From Candidatus Freyarchaeum deiterrae (GTDB lineage: Archaea > Asgardarchaeota > Jordiarchaeia > Jordiarchaeales > Jordiarchaeaceae), in assembly GCA_037305845.1 (NCBI GenBank), contig CP147778.1, positions 1 through 64,000 on the forward strand: 64,000 bases of DNA, written 5' to 3'. The notes beneath the pieces are model-generated. The model had not been told where the DNA came from and ran no database searches. It saw only the letters and a program-made list of their open reading frames with translations. The translations under genes were made by a program, and so were the position numbers. Below are positions 31,001 to 41,299 of the stretch, piece by piece (within the stretch, counting starts at the first letter, position 1; the number at the start of each line of letters is the position of its first letter).

Positions 31001-32866
31001 ATTGAAAGTTACTTCTTTCTCAAAATCATGTCCTTTCTTTGTTGCGCTTGCAAAAGCAGTTCCTCAGTAACGAGGATTGAAAGATTAGAACCGAGCCAAC
31101 CATTAGAAGGCCACCCATAACTTGCAAAAGCAGTTCCTCAGTAACGAGGATTGAAAGCCCTCACAAGCAGCATCCAAGATTCTATCGCTCGACTTGCAAA
31201 AGCAGTTCCTCAGTAACGAGGATTGAAAGTAATATAGGAGCTATATTCCCTTAATCTTTCTCTTTTCTTGCAAAAGCAGTTCCTCAGTAACGAGGATTGA
31301 AAGGAACATTGTCAACCAAATAGAGATCAGCCACGAAGACTCTTGCAAAAGCAGTTCCTCAGTAACGAGGATTGAAAGAATGCTTTCGTGGGGGTATTTT
31401 CTGTCTGAAAGCAGCGTCTTGCAAAAGCAGTTCCTCAGTAACGAGGATTGAAAGTTTTATTCCCTATTTTCCAATCATTTTATTTATTTACTTGCAAAAG
31501 CAGTTCCTCAGTAACGAGGATTGAAAGCCCCACAGAAAACTATGAGGTTAGGCCGTCTCCTAGTCTCTTGCAAAAGCAGTTCCTCAGTAACGAGGATTGA
31601 AAGAATCAGCCTCTTATGTGGCGGCTAAAAAAACAGCAGGACTTGCAAAAGCAGTTCCTCAGTAACGAGGATTGAAAGATAACGCTATCACCGGCGTACA
31701 GCCGACCTACGGTTACTTGCAAAAGCAGTTCCTCAGTAACGAGGATTGAAAGTCTGCTAATTTGGTGAGTCCAAACCCAAATTAACCCGACTTGCAAAAG
31801 CAGTTCCTCAGTAACGAGGATTGAAAGTTCTACGACTTCTTGTTTGTTGGCATAAAAAGAACATTCTTGCAAAAGCAGTTCCTCAGTAACGAGGATTGAA
31901 AGTCAGGGGAGATGCAAACACTGAAATGGTGGTTACCGGTACTTGCAAAAGCAGTTCCTCAGTAACGAGGATTGAAAGCTTATCTGTGAAAGAGGAGCTT
32001 GTGAAGTTACTTGTTCTTGCAAAAGCAGTTCCTCAGTAACGAGGATTGAAAGATACTAAAACTGTAAATAAAACAACCATATTCCTAGTATCTTGCAAAA
32101 GCAGTTCCTCAGTAACGAGGATTGAAAGAAATCAGGTACGCCGCCTTAACCACTTCCCAGGATCTTGCAAAAGCAGTTCCTCAGTAACGAGGATTGAAAG
32201 CATCAGTGGATCCACTGAACAAGTCGTTGGTTATAGCTTGCAAAAGCAGTTCCTCAGTAACGAGGATTGAAAGCTACAGAAAATACTGGAGTACTTCCCC
32301 GAGATCATGAACTTGCAAAAGCAGTTCCTCAGTAACGAGGATTGAAAGAGTATCACCAGAACTCTAAGCGTTACTGCGAAGTGGCTTGCAAAAGCAGTTC
32401 CTCAGTAACGAGGATTGAAAGTTTCATAAGGGTGAGGTTTTCGATGCTTTGTACATTTCTTGCAAAAGCAGTTCCTCAGTAACGAGGATTGAAAGCGAAC
32501 TCCAAGGCGTTTGATGTCGGCTCAAGCCTCGGACTTGCAAAAGCAGTTCCTCAGTAACGAGGATTGAAAGCAAGAATCCGCAGAATCAAGCCAAACATCC
32601 CTCGGAACTTGCAAAAGCAGTTCCTCAGTAACGAGGATTGAAAGTTAATATCATCAATCTTATCAACAATTTTAATTTTACTTGCAAAAGCAGTTCCTCA
32701 GTAACGAGGATTGAAAGAAATAATTAATACTAGGTATAGGATTATTATTTAATGCTTGCAAAAGCAGTTCCTCAGTAACGAGGATTGAAAGGTACTGCAC
32801 CACTGTAATTCCATGCCGATGTAGTAGACCTTGCAAAAGCAGTTCCGCAGTAACGAGGATTGAAAG
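28041..32866 (+). CRISPR. CRISPR array 1: 65 repeats and 64 spacers; repeat CTTGCAAAAGCAGTTCCTCAGTAACGAGGATTGAAAG (37 nt)
   Basis: Identical 37-nt repeats with ~35-42-nt unique spacers (manual count), TCCTC/GAGGA hairpin and ATTGAAAG 3' handle. Last repeat carries T>G. Confidence 0.98.
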
Positions 32867-33154
32867 TCGAATCAAATAACCACTTTATATCAGCTTTGTA
32901 CAAGTCTACTAATTGAAAATAAAATAAATAATGTGAAAATTATATTAAATGTGAAATAAAATTGTCTTTATATCTGAGAATAATTCTTTTAGTATATGCT
33001 TTTGAAGTCTCAACTTTACAAAAAGGATTATTGCGATGAGATTATGTTCATGCTACGTTTGAATCCTCGAATCAACCTAATACAGCTTGTATTACTGTTT
33101 TGGTCTTTTGTGGATTATGTTTGTACCTGTGGATGAATCTTTGGAGAAAGTTAA

Positions 33155-35179
33155 ATGCAATCCAGCATCACCCCTGAACACATAATTCTTGGTGCTTTCC
33201 TTCATGATTTAGGCAAGGTAATCACTAATTACCTTAATGAGCATCCTCATTTTAAAGAGATTATAAATAGGTATAGTGGGGTAAAATATAAGCACGCGCT
33301 CATAGGTGCAGACCTTTTAAGAGAGTATGGTTTTCCAGATTCCGTAATTTCTGTTGTAGTTAATCATCATGAAATTATTGATCAGCATTTAGCTTTACCT
33401 AATGAAATATGCAACGTTATTAAAGCAGCAGATCATCTTGATGCTAGTCACAGAGAGAGAATTGAATCTGATACTATTAAGGGGCGACTAATAAGTAGCG
33501 CTGAAGCAATAAATATGAGTATAGTGACTGTGCATAACCGCGATGTTATGGAGTTTTTAGATAAGATGCTTAGGGAATTAGGAGAAGTTTTAAAGAGTAA
33601 TTTCGATAAAAGCATTAGCCTTGTTGATGCTATGATGAGAGAGATAGCTATTCATCTAAGATCTGATCAATCTGATCCATACATATCACTTTATGCTCAT
33701 TCAAAATTTGTAGCAGCTTTAACGAGCTTAAAAATCCAAGACTCGAACTGTGTTCCGTATTTGGTACTGGTGAAAACTAGAATAGAAGATATGGTTAATT
33801 ATGCTACAATCGATGTCTTTGAATATCTTGCTGGACTTTCTTTATATTCCTATTTTGGATTACTTGGAGTCATGTCTTTAATTCTAAGAAGGAACCATTT
33901 GCATCCTGATATTCATATAGTTTCAGAGTCTTCCACAGAGCTTATGGCTATTATTCCAAAAAATATTTTAAAAGAATTTTTAGAAGAATTACAAAAATTA
34001 GCGAACGATTTAAACTGTAATATAGATATAGAAATGGGAGCTATAGATCAGGGTAAATACAAGTCAGAAATTGTGGATACTCTTAAACCACAATACAAGG
34101 TGATGTTACTAGCAAATACTTCTACATGCAATATTTGTCACACTCCGATAAGCGATACAAGATTAATTACTGAATTAAAACGAGGTTTTAAAAAACTAAT
34201 AGTATGCGAATATTGCATTCGAATAATTAACATAAATAGATTGTTAGCGAAAGGTAAAATGTATAGTCTAGTTGAAGGCTGTGAAGGGCTAATACTATAT
34301 CCCAAATTAAACATATGCGTTATAAATCACAATAATCAGGGGTACGCTTTAGTTACAAGAACATTCAATCCTAATTTGGTAGACACTTTAGATGCGCCTA
34401 TAATTGATATATATGTTAACGATTTTAGAAAAGATATTAGATTAATTGGTGCGATCTCTTTTGCAAAGTGTGTGAATAGTATTAAAGAGCAGGAGAAATT
34501 ACATGAACTTTTATCATTCTATCAATTTGCGCCATACTTTCTTTCTAAGATTTTAAATGAATCAGATACGCATTCATTAGAAGTAACTTCAAGTTATGGA
34601 GTTTTCCAGACTAAGTATCTTAGTGAAGTATCTAAGTTACTTAGTAAAATCTATACCGATGAACTAAATCAAACAACATTAAGTATAGTTAAAATGGGAA
34701 CCCCAGGACTTTCTTATCAAAAATTGAAAACACTTGTCTCCAAGGTTGATAGAATTCCAAACGCGGTTTTGGCTATTCATAATGATCTTAATGTATTAAC
34801 ATTAGGCGATATAGAGGTTATCTCTATGGTAAAGTCTAGGTTGGGTTATTATGATGTGAAAGAACTTTGTAGAAGGCTATTACGAACAAGAGAATTTATT
34901 GAAGGCTATCTTAACGCAATTGAAACCGGAGATATCGTTGAAAAATATTATTTAAAATCAGAGATACTTCTTAAAATTAGTGAGATGTGTGTTGAAGAAA
35001 AAGAAGGCTCAAAGGAGAACATGGATTGGATATTTGATATCAAAGTATATCCTGCAGAAGAGGTCAATGGTTCTATAAATATGGATACTCTCTCTGAGTT
35101 ATTCGAAGATGTAACTGTCATTAAAGCCATAGTTAAAATGTTATATCTTGAAGATTTTATAATGGGTGTCCTAGCATGA
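33155..35179 (+). CDS. cas10: Cas10 large subunit with HD nuclease and degenerate Palm (no GGDD)
   Basis: GAFLHDLGK, HALIG, NHHE and ADHLDASHRE HD motifs; ISLYAHSK; CNIC..CEYC Zn finger; no GGDD in 674 aa. Confidence 0.8.
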   Translation: MQSSITPEHIILGAFLHDLGKVITNYLNEHPHFKEIINRYSGVKYKHALIGADLLREYGFPDSVISVVVNHHEIIDQHLALPNEICNVIKAADHLDASHRERIESDTIKGRLISSAEAINMSIVTVHNRDVMEFLDKMLRELGEVLKSNFDKSISLVDAMMREIAIHLRSDQSDPYISLYAHSKFVAALTSLKIQDSNCVPYLVLVKTRIEDMVNYATIDVFEYLAGLSLYSYFGLLGVMSLILRRNHLHPDIHIVSESSTELMAIIPKNILKEFLEELQKLANDLNCNIDIEMGAIDQGKYKSEIVDTLKPQYKVMLLANTSTCNICHTPISDTRLITELKRGFKKLIVCEYCIRIININRLLAKGKMYSLVEGCEGLILYPKLNICVINHNNQGYALVTRTFNPNLVDTLDAPIIDIYVNDFRKDIRLIGAISFAKCVNSIKEQEKLHELLSFYQFAPYFLSKILNESDTHSLEVTSSYGVFQTKYLSEVSKLLSKIYTDELNQTTLSIVKMGTPGLSYQKLKTLVSKVDRIPNAVLAIHNDLNVLTLGDIEVISMVKSRLGYYDVKELCRRLLRTREFIEGYLNAIETGDIVEKYYLKSEILLKISEMCVEEKEGSKENMDWIFDIKVYPAEEVNGSINMDTLSELFEDVTVIKAIVKMLYLEDFIMGVLA

Positions 35180-35538
35180 ACCAGAATTTTCCCTCTTTAG
35201 TTAATTTTTGCGAATTCGTAAGAAAGTTGGAACTTGATAAAGCAGCTGAAATTGTTGAAAAGGCAGCAAAAGAACTAAACAGAATCCAAGGTGTAACTCC
35301 CGCATCGTTATCGAAATTAGGAGTATTAATGAACAGAGAGGTACATGATAAAGTAGATATTGCTTTATTAAAAAGCGAGATAATGGACTTGAACCTATCT
35401 ATGATCTCAAAGGCTCTTGCTGAGGCAATGGAACAAGCTGGCTTTGAACCACAACTTATAAATAAACTTAGGAGGCTTGTTCAAGCCTTAGTAAACTTTT
35501 ATAAATATTATATTGGAGATAAAGAAGGGGTGATATGA
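35176..35538 (+). CDS. csm2: Putative small subunit (Csm2/Cas11-like)
   Basis: 120-aa alpha-helical protein ending ALVNFYKYY, lying between cas10 and csm3. Confidence 0.65.
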   Translation: MNQNFPSLVNFCEFVRKLELDKAAEIVEKAAKELNRIQGVTPASLSKLGVLMNREVHDKVDIALLKSEIMDLNLSMISKALAEAMEQAGFEPQLINKLRRLVQALVNFYKYYIGDKEGVI

Positions 35539-36465
35539 ATGGGATTTCTCTTATTAGTAGTATCGGGGAAAACCAATGTTGATGGAATAACGATAGGATC
35601 TACAAGAGGAGATCCTCAGGCTCGCTTAGATTTAAAGACAGCGTTTAAGCCACATCCGAAAGTTCAGGGGATTCGCAAGGAAATACCTTACATCCCTGCA
35701 TCTTCATGGATCGGTGTTATGAGACATTTACTCGAAAAATATTATAATTTACCAGCGCAAACGCCACGAATCAGTAGAAGGCCAAACGATACAATCGTTG
35801 CACCAATTCATGAATGTGAAACTAAAGATGAGGTTTTAAAATGTCCTGTCTGTAAAATCTTTGTGAGACGTGAAGTTGTTGCATGGTTTGGTGATATGGA
35901 ACCCTTTGGTTCCTCATATATGGTTAACAAAGGAGCTATGGGCGGCGAGTACATAATAGACTCTGAAACCAACAAAGAAATCGTAAAGGTATTCATTAAA
36001 GATGAGGTAATTATACCACGAGATGCTGAAAGCGTCAGTATACCTAAGCAAATCGCAAAATCTAAACTAGCGTTAACTAGCAGTGGCAATGAAGTAAAAG
36101 GAGAAGAACTTGTGAAAAAAGGTTTCAAATTAGAGCCGATACCCCGACAGGTTCAAGTTGTAAGTGGTATATTCAAGTTTGATACAAAATTTGCTATGGA
36201 TAAACTTCTCTTCGATGATCTTAAGACCTTCTTCATAGGATTAGGTCTCGTAGAGGATCGTTTTGTGGGTCGCAGAGGATCCCGTGGATATGGAAGGATA
36301 GAGTTTGATGATCTTACATTTAAGTTGCGAACAAAAGAATTCTATGAGGGCAAAGGAGAAGAAATAACAATAAAAATACCTCACAAGAAACCTAGGGATA
36401 TAATCGCTAACTGGAAAAATATTGGGGAAACCTATGAGCAAGCTATTCCTAGTGCCTCAGAGTGA
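35539..36465 (+). CDS. csm3: Cas7-group RAMP (Csm3-like)
   Basis: GITIG, PYIPASSW.G..R.LLE, CPVCKIF and G-rich loop VGRRGSRGYGRIEF. Confidence 0.85.
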   Translation: MGFLLLVVSGKTNVDGITIGSTRGDPQARLDLKTAFKPHPKVQGIRKEIPYIPASSWIGVMRHLLEKYYNLPAQTPRISRRPNDTIVAPIHECETKDEVLKCPVCKIFVRREVVAWFGDMEPFGSSYMVNKGAMGGEYIIDSETNKEIVKVFIKDEVIIPRDAESVSIPKQIAKSKLALTSSGNEVKGEELVKKGFKLEPIPRQVQVVSGIFKFDTKFAMDKLLFDDLKTFFIGLGLVEDRFVGRRGSRGYGRIEFDDLTFKLRTKEFYEGKGEEITIKIPHKKPRDIIANWKNIGETYEQAIPSASE

Positions 36466-36484
36466 AGTAAATAATATAAAATGA

Positions 36485-37306
36485 GTGGTAATAGATATGT
36501 CGGTACCTCAAAATGTACTAGTAGAACTTGAGTTTACTTCACCGGTGTTTTTTCAAAGAAGTTGGCATGAAAGACCTTGGCGTATTCCTAGTGACTATAT
36601 TGTAAGAGCATTAGTATATTCATATGCATTATTACATAATGAGCCCAAGGAATTTTTGGATACCATTAATAAAGATTTAATTAGAATATCCTCTCTTTTA
36701 ATATTTCATAAGAACAACTTGTATGTTCCAATTTCTGGAATACGTGGATACAGACCGATTGATGGTAGTGATGTTATAGATTCGATGGATATTATGGGAA
36801 CTATCTCTAAAGTTCGTATCCCAAGAATTGAAGAAGCTGAACCTACTCCCTACGAAGAATATGTACTAGAAACATCAAAATACAAATGGGGTTTAATAAT
36901 TTCTTCCATGGATAACAAGCTTACAGAAAAGATTCTTCCAACTCTTAAAGTACTTGGAGACCTAGGAATTGGTGCAAAAAAGACCAAGGGAGGAGGAAGA
37001 TTTGACTTGCTATCTGTCCGACCACTTAAAGATTTTAATTTAGATGTCCACTGGAATGGATCAGGCATACTTATCTCGAGATACATACCATCAGTAAGTA
37101 AGAACTTACCCACTAAAATAAAAACCTTATATCAAGAAAGAGTTCAAATACGTTACAGTGAAAAAATTGTATATGAGTTCATGTCTATAGCCGAAGGCTC
37201 TGAATTAGAAATAGCAGACACAGGAAAGGTAGAGATCGTAAAAAATGACTTGGAATATGATACTCCATTATATTTCAGACCCTTATTATTGAGTTATGAG
37301 ACTTAA
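36485..37306 (+). CDS. csm4: Cas5-group RAMP (Csm4-like)
   Basis: LEFTSP, IPSD.I..AL, KVRIPR and G-loop GIGAKKTKGGGRF. Confidence 0.75.
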   Translation: MVIDMSVPQNVLVELEFTSPVFFQRSWHERPWRIPSDYIVRALVYSYALLHNEPKEFLDTINKDLIRISSLLIFHKNNLYVPISGIRGYRPIDGSDVIDSMDIMGTISKVRIPRIEEAEPTPYEEYVLETSKYKWGLIISSMDNKLTEKILPTLKVLGDLGIGAKKTKGGGRFDLLSVRPLKDFNLDVHWNGSGILISRYIPSVSKNLPTKIKTLYQERVQIRYSEKIVYEFMSIAEGSELEIADTGKVEIVKNDLEYDTPLYFRPLLLSYET

Positions 37307-37321
37307 TTACACATTGAATGT

Positions 37322-37511
37322 TTTTGGAAAGAATCTCATCAGTAAGAGTACTGAAAGATATCGGAAATGTAGGTAGTGTAGCTTACTGAAACGTTTCTTG
37401 TAAAAGCAGTTCTCCAGTAACGAGGATTGAAAGTAATGAAATACTAAGATCGTGAAACCTAAATCCCAAAAAATCTTGCAAAAGAAGTTCCGCAGTAACG
37501 CGGATTGAAAG
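37322..37511 (+). CRISPR. Degenerate mini-array (3 repeats at 37322, 37397 and 37475; 2 spacers)
   Basis: TTTTGGAAAGAATCTCATCAGTAAGAGTACTGAAAG; CTTGTAAAAGCAGTTCTCCAGTAACGAGGATTGAAAG; CTTGCAAAAGAAGTTCCGCAGTAACGCGGATTGAAAG; separated by 39- and 41-nt spacers. Confidence 0.8.
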
Positions 37512-37654
37512 TTAATTTTTTTGTCTGTTTTTGGAGTCACCTTAATGAAGTGTTAGCTTAAGTAGTCCTTAGCGGTAGGAATGTAACGACTAAGCTTTTT
37601 TAGAAATTATAGTAAGAGGAGATTTTTGTGTGGTTGGGCTTAGGTGGCTTTGAG

Positions 37655-38092
37655 TTACTGGTCGGTTTTTTCGTAGAATTTTTTTATGAATCTTTGGCTT
37701 GGGTTGTGGACGCTTTTCGCGTTTTCTAGGGCTTCTTTGGCGTCTTTTTCGTCGAAGAGTTCGCTTGCCGGTTTTCCGTCTTTTTCGATGCCGTAGACGC
37801 TGGGTATTCTTTTTAGTGAGAGTTCTCTTGAAATCTGCCTTATTTTTGGTATCTCTTTTTTGAACCATTCGGGGAAACTGTTGCTATAGTATTCCAGGAT
37901 GTCGCCTACGTCGTGTACTTTGGGATATTCCACTCCTAGTACTCTTAGACACGCTTTTAGGGATAGTTCCACACATTCTTGGGAGTATCTTACAGTGTCG
38001 GGGTAGTCGCCTCTTCCGAGTGCGGACTCGGCATCAGTGAGTCTGCTTTTCGCCCGCCGGAGGAAGTCTATGGCTATGCTGTCGGTTCTCAG
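37655..38092 (-). CDS. HEPN domain protein (partner of wHTH-MNT)
   Basis: Frame extends upstream of the called GTG to CTG 38092, overlapping the MNT stop. Motifs SQECVELSLKA.L, PKVHDV and R.PSVYG. Confidence 0.8.
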   Translation of the reverse strand: MRTDSIAIDFLRRAKSRLTDAESALGRGDYPDTVRYSQECVELSLKACLRVLGVEYPKVHDVGDILEYYSNSFPEWFKKEIPKIRQISRELSLKRIPSVYGIEKDGKPASELFDEKDAKEALENAKSVHNPSQRFIKKFYEKTDQ

Positions 38093-38829
38093 AGCTCGAT
38101 CACCTCACCTTCTTTCACATGGTCTTTGAGCTGCCAGTACCAGTCTCCTTTTGGGGTGATGCTTTTTTTGGCCCCCATCTCCTCCAGTTTTTTCTTTAGC
38201 TCTGAGAGCACGTTTTTCATAAAATTGTTTCTGTCGAATATTATCAAGGAGTCTGTGACCATGTCGAGGTAGAATGGTTGGTTCACACGGGCTTCCTCGG
38301 GCGTTAGTAAAACTGTATTTACGTTGGGGAACGCCCCGCTACTTTTCCATAGGGAGAGCTTAGTGGCGGTCAGCTCCTCGAAGAGGCATGAGGCATCTCT
38401 GACTCGTTCACTGTAGCTTTCGGGTAAGCCTTTTACCACTGTAAGGAAGTCTAGGTCGCTGTTCTTTCCGGCTTCACCGCGCGCAACCGAGCCGAAGAGC
38501 ACAACGGAGAAGACCCGACCATTGTACTTCTTGAAAAACTCGCTTACGAATCGCCGAATAAGGGGAATATACTCCCTCTGCCTTATCCGGCTCATCCAAC
38601 TATCGTCCACTACGCCGAGAACAATCATCATAGGATCCAACGCGCTGTATACCCCTCTGCCCCTCCTTTCGATATAACCTGCCTTGTGGAGTCGGGAGAG
38701 TAGAACTCTCAAATTTTGCCCCTCAAGGTTTAGCTCCTCTTTGAGCTTCTCTATAGTAAAGGGTTCGCTGCCGTAGTTGAGATATATCTTCGAGTAAAAC
38801 TGGCCGAGCCACGCAGGAACCCACATCAT
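38089..38829 (-). CDS. wHTH-fused minimal nucleotidyltransferase (MNT) antitoxin
   Basis: N-terminal wHTH (LSRLHKAGYIERRGRGVY) and LFGSVARG..SDLD MNT motif. Confidence 0.85.
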   Translation of the reverse strand: MMWVPAWLGQFYSKIYLNYGSEPFTIEKLKEELNLEGQNLRVLLSRLHKAGYIERRGRGVYSALDPMMIVLGVVDDSWMSRIRQREYIPLIRRFVSEFFKKYNGRVFSVVLFGSVARGEAGKNSDLDFLTVVKGLPESYSERVRDASCLFEELTATKLSLWKSSGAFPNVNTVLLTPEEARVNQPFYLDMVTDSLIIFDRNNFMKNVLSELKKKLEEMGAKKSITPKGDWYWQLKDHVKEGEVIEL

Positions 38830-39174
38830 ATAATCACCTACTTATTAATAATTACCAAATAGTACACTAATTTAAAAGCCTTGCTCCAAAGTGACAAAAT
38901 AACGTAAAGTAGAATGATTCAACCAAGAAACACATGGCTATCTCTAAGCCCGGCCAGCTTAGTTACATCTAGTTAATTTCAACGTTTGTGGTTCAACATA
39001 TTTATCACAATCGAGCAGTTTTAAGGATACGCGTCTAATACTCTGGAATTTTAAGGGATAAACAAGAAAAAATAAAAACAAGAACGATGCCAAAATAAGA
39101 GAGAAGATATTCCTACAACTAGTTTTACGATACATTATGGAGGGAGAAGGAACATAATCGACCTCTGGATAGAA

Positions 39175-39987
39175 ATGGTCGCCACAGACTCCGGAAGAGT
39201 GAACCCCTTCACCGGACACCTCGTAAGAGGAGCCCTGCTGAACCTAATCAAAAACGCCGACCCCGACCTAGCCCAAAAACTCCACGAACCCCACCAGCAG
39301 AGACCCTACAGCGTCACACCCGCCGCACCCGTAGCCCACCAAAGAAACATACGCGAAAACCTCTGGTGGATACAGCCCGGAGAACACGTAAGATTCCACG
39401 CCGGATTCCTACAAGACCACATAGGAGAAAAAGCCTTCCAAAAAATCCTAGAAGGCAGGCCGGAAATAAAACTCGCAGAAACCCCCTTCACACCCGTGAG
39501 AATAGAACTCAAGAGGACAACGTACGAAGAACTGATGAAAACCGCCCAACCAGAACCCGTAATAACCATTAGGTTCCACTCACCCACCCAGCTCCCAATA
39601 ATAGGAAGAGACTTCCCCCTATTATTCCCAGACCCAAGATACGTGTACGGAAACCTAGCCCGACTATGGAACCAAAACGCACCACCACAAGTACAGGTAG
39701 ACACCCAGCAGCTACACGACTGGATAGAAAAAAACGTCTACATACGCAAATACCAACTACAAACCAGAGAGATAGACGTAGGAAAACAGGTAAAACTCGC
39801 AGGATTCACAGGAACCCTAGAATACCACCTAAACAGCACAGATGAATACGCACCTTGGATAAACATACTCACACGGTACGCAACCACAGCCAACACCGGA
39901 GCCAAAAGAACCACCGGAATGGGAGCCACACAAAAAATAGAACACACCAAACAAAACCAAAAACAAACACCAAAAGAAAATTCCTAA
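39175..39987 (+). CDS. cas6: CRISPR endoribonuclease Cas6
   Basis: LHE..QRPYSV, F.SPT, GF.G...Y and C-terminal GAKRTTGMG G-loop. Start may be ATA 39154. Confidence 0.9.
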   Translation: MVATDSGRVNPFTGHLVRGALLNLIKNADPDLAQKLHEPHQQRPYSVTPAAPVAHQRNIRENLWWIQPGEHVRFHAGFLQDHIGEKAFQKILEGRPEIKLAETPFTPVRIELKRTTYEELMKTAQPEPVITIRFHSPTQLPIIGRDFPLLFPDPRYVYGNLARLWNQNAPPQVQVDTQQLHDWIEKNVYIRKYQLQTREIDVGKQVKLAGFTGTLEYHLNSTDEYAPWINILTRYATTANTGAKRTTGMGATQKIEHTKQNQKQTPKENS

Positions 39988-40054
39988 ACGTCAAACCAAA
40001 CTACAAAGAGACCAGAACAAAATGGCCAAGCAAAACAAGAAGAACTATTTAAAA

Positions 40055-40126
40055 TGTTCGAGTGAACCCTCTCAAAAGAAGCCTTTATGAGACTCCAAAA
40101 CAAAAAATAGATAATAAAATATAACC
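40055..40126 (+). promoter_or_regulatory. Second CRISPR leader, homologous to 27969-28040
   Basis: TGTTCGAGT.AACCCT..CAAAAGAAGCCTTTAT...AATATAACC, the same 72-nt distance to the first repeat. Confidence 0.8.
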
Positions 40127-40238
40127 CTTGCAAAAGAAGTTCCTCAGTAACGAGGATTGAAAGTAGCGTATTGCTCAGTTGTCGGGATCCAAATTGTCGA
40201 ACTTGCAAAAGAAGTTCCTCAGTAACGAGGATTGAAAG
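40127..40238 (+). CRISPR. Mini-array, 2 repeats and 1 spacer, with its own leader
   Basis: Two identical CTTGCAAAAGAAGTTCCTCAGTAACGAGGATTGAAAG repeats (C>A variant) flank a 38-nt spacer. Confidence 0.9.
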
Positions 40239-40312
40239 TGTAAATATGCGACAAATCCATGATGTAATTATATTATAATTTAATAATATTATAAAATTTT
40301 GGATTGAGTCAT

Positions 40313-40750
40313 TTATTCTAAAAATTCTTGAGGAGTAGAAAGATTGAGTTCTGGTATTCTTTCAAAGTGTTTTTTATTTTTAGTTATTAAAATAAGTTTT
40401 GTTATTCTCGCCTGTGCACCTATGAAAACATCTCTTATCTCTAAGGGCGACCCTTTCTTTTCCAACTGTACGTAAATCTCTGATGCCTCAATTGCTGTTT
40501 GTTCATCAAAAGAAAGTATTTGTGTGTGACTGAAAAGAGTGTTTGCTTCGCTCATCGCTTTTTCGGGTTGAGGGCTTAACCTAGTTCCGCGATAAATCTC
40601 AAAAACCGTTACAGCACTCACGTAAGCCGCATATTGTCGTTCATCTATCTTGTTGAATATTTTAACGGCTTCGGGTTGGGGTTTGCGCTTAAGATAATCA
40701 ATAATAACATCTGTATCAAGCATTATTTTTTGGGTTTCCATGTTTTCCAC
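40313..40750 (-). CDS. vapC: PIN domain toxin (VapC)
   Basis: LDTDVIID, VTVFEI, RDVFIG and T.N.KHFERIPEL motifs. Confidence 0.9.
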   Translation of the reverse strand: MENMETQKIMLDTDVIIDYLKRKPQPEAVKIFNKIDERQYAAYVSAVTVFEIYRGTRLSPQPEKAMSEANTLFSHTQILSFDEQTAIEASEIYVQLEKKGSPLEIRDVFIGAQARITKLILITKNKKHFERIPELNLSTPQEFLE

Positions 40751-40959
40751 ATCCGTCTAGCATCATCCATAAAGTCCTCTGTACTTTCTATATGCTCCCA
40801 TGCTCCAGCAAGCTCCTTGAGGGAGGGGGATTTGATAAAAACAATTTTACCCTCCTCTTCCTTAACTATCAATTCGTCACCAATTTTCACATCTATCTTT
40901 TTTCGAATCTCTAGAGGAATAGTGATCTGAAATTTTCTTGTTACTTTAACCTTCAACAC
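40723..40959 (-). CDS. AbrB/MazE/SpoVT family antitoxin
   Basis: KVTRKFQITIP.EIR....GD.L motif; overlaps vapC. Confidence 0.9.
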   Translation of the reverse strand: MLKVKVTRKFQITIPLEIRKKIDVKIGDELIVKEEEGKIVFIKSPSLKELAGAWEHIESTEDFMDDARRMWKTWKPKK

Positions 40960-41192
40960 GAGACCTCCGTACTACATATAGTAGTACGAATATATAAAAA
41001 CCTGCTTATCAACCCCTACCTAGAAGTCTTAACCATATCTAGCACCCCCAATAAGCTTCAACTTGTAACTACTTTTTCAGTATGAATTTCTTACACTTTG
41101 TTTTCGTTTATTTTGAAAATTTTTGAGCCAGTGTTTAGAGTTATTGCTGTTTTCCATTTATTCATAACTGAACACCACCATTTTTTATTTTA

Positions 41193-41299
41193 TCTGCAAA
41201 AGAAGTTCCTCAGTAACGAGGATTGAGAGAGCGTGAGGAACAAAAATCATGTTAAATATGGCATTCTCAGACTTGTAAAAGTAGTTTCTCAGTAAGAGG
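41193..41299 (+). CRISPR. Degenerate repeat-spacer-repeat unit
   Basis: TCTGCAAAAGAAGTTCCTCAGTAACGAGGATTGAGAG, a 42-nt spacer, then truncated CTTGTAAAAGTAGTTTCTCAGTAAGAGG. Confidence 0.8.

Noticed and set aside
28015-32875. ORFs containing FQSSLLRNCFCK, LSILVTEELLLQ or CKSSSSVTRIE repeats
   Set aside because: They are translations of the CRISPR repeat, not genes. The same applies to 37307-37540 and 39984-40208.
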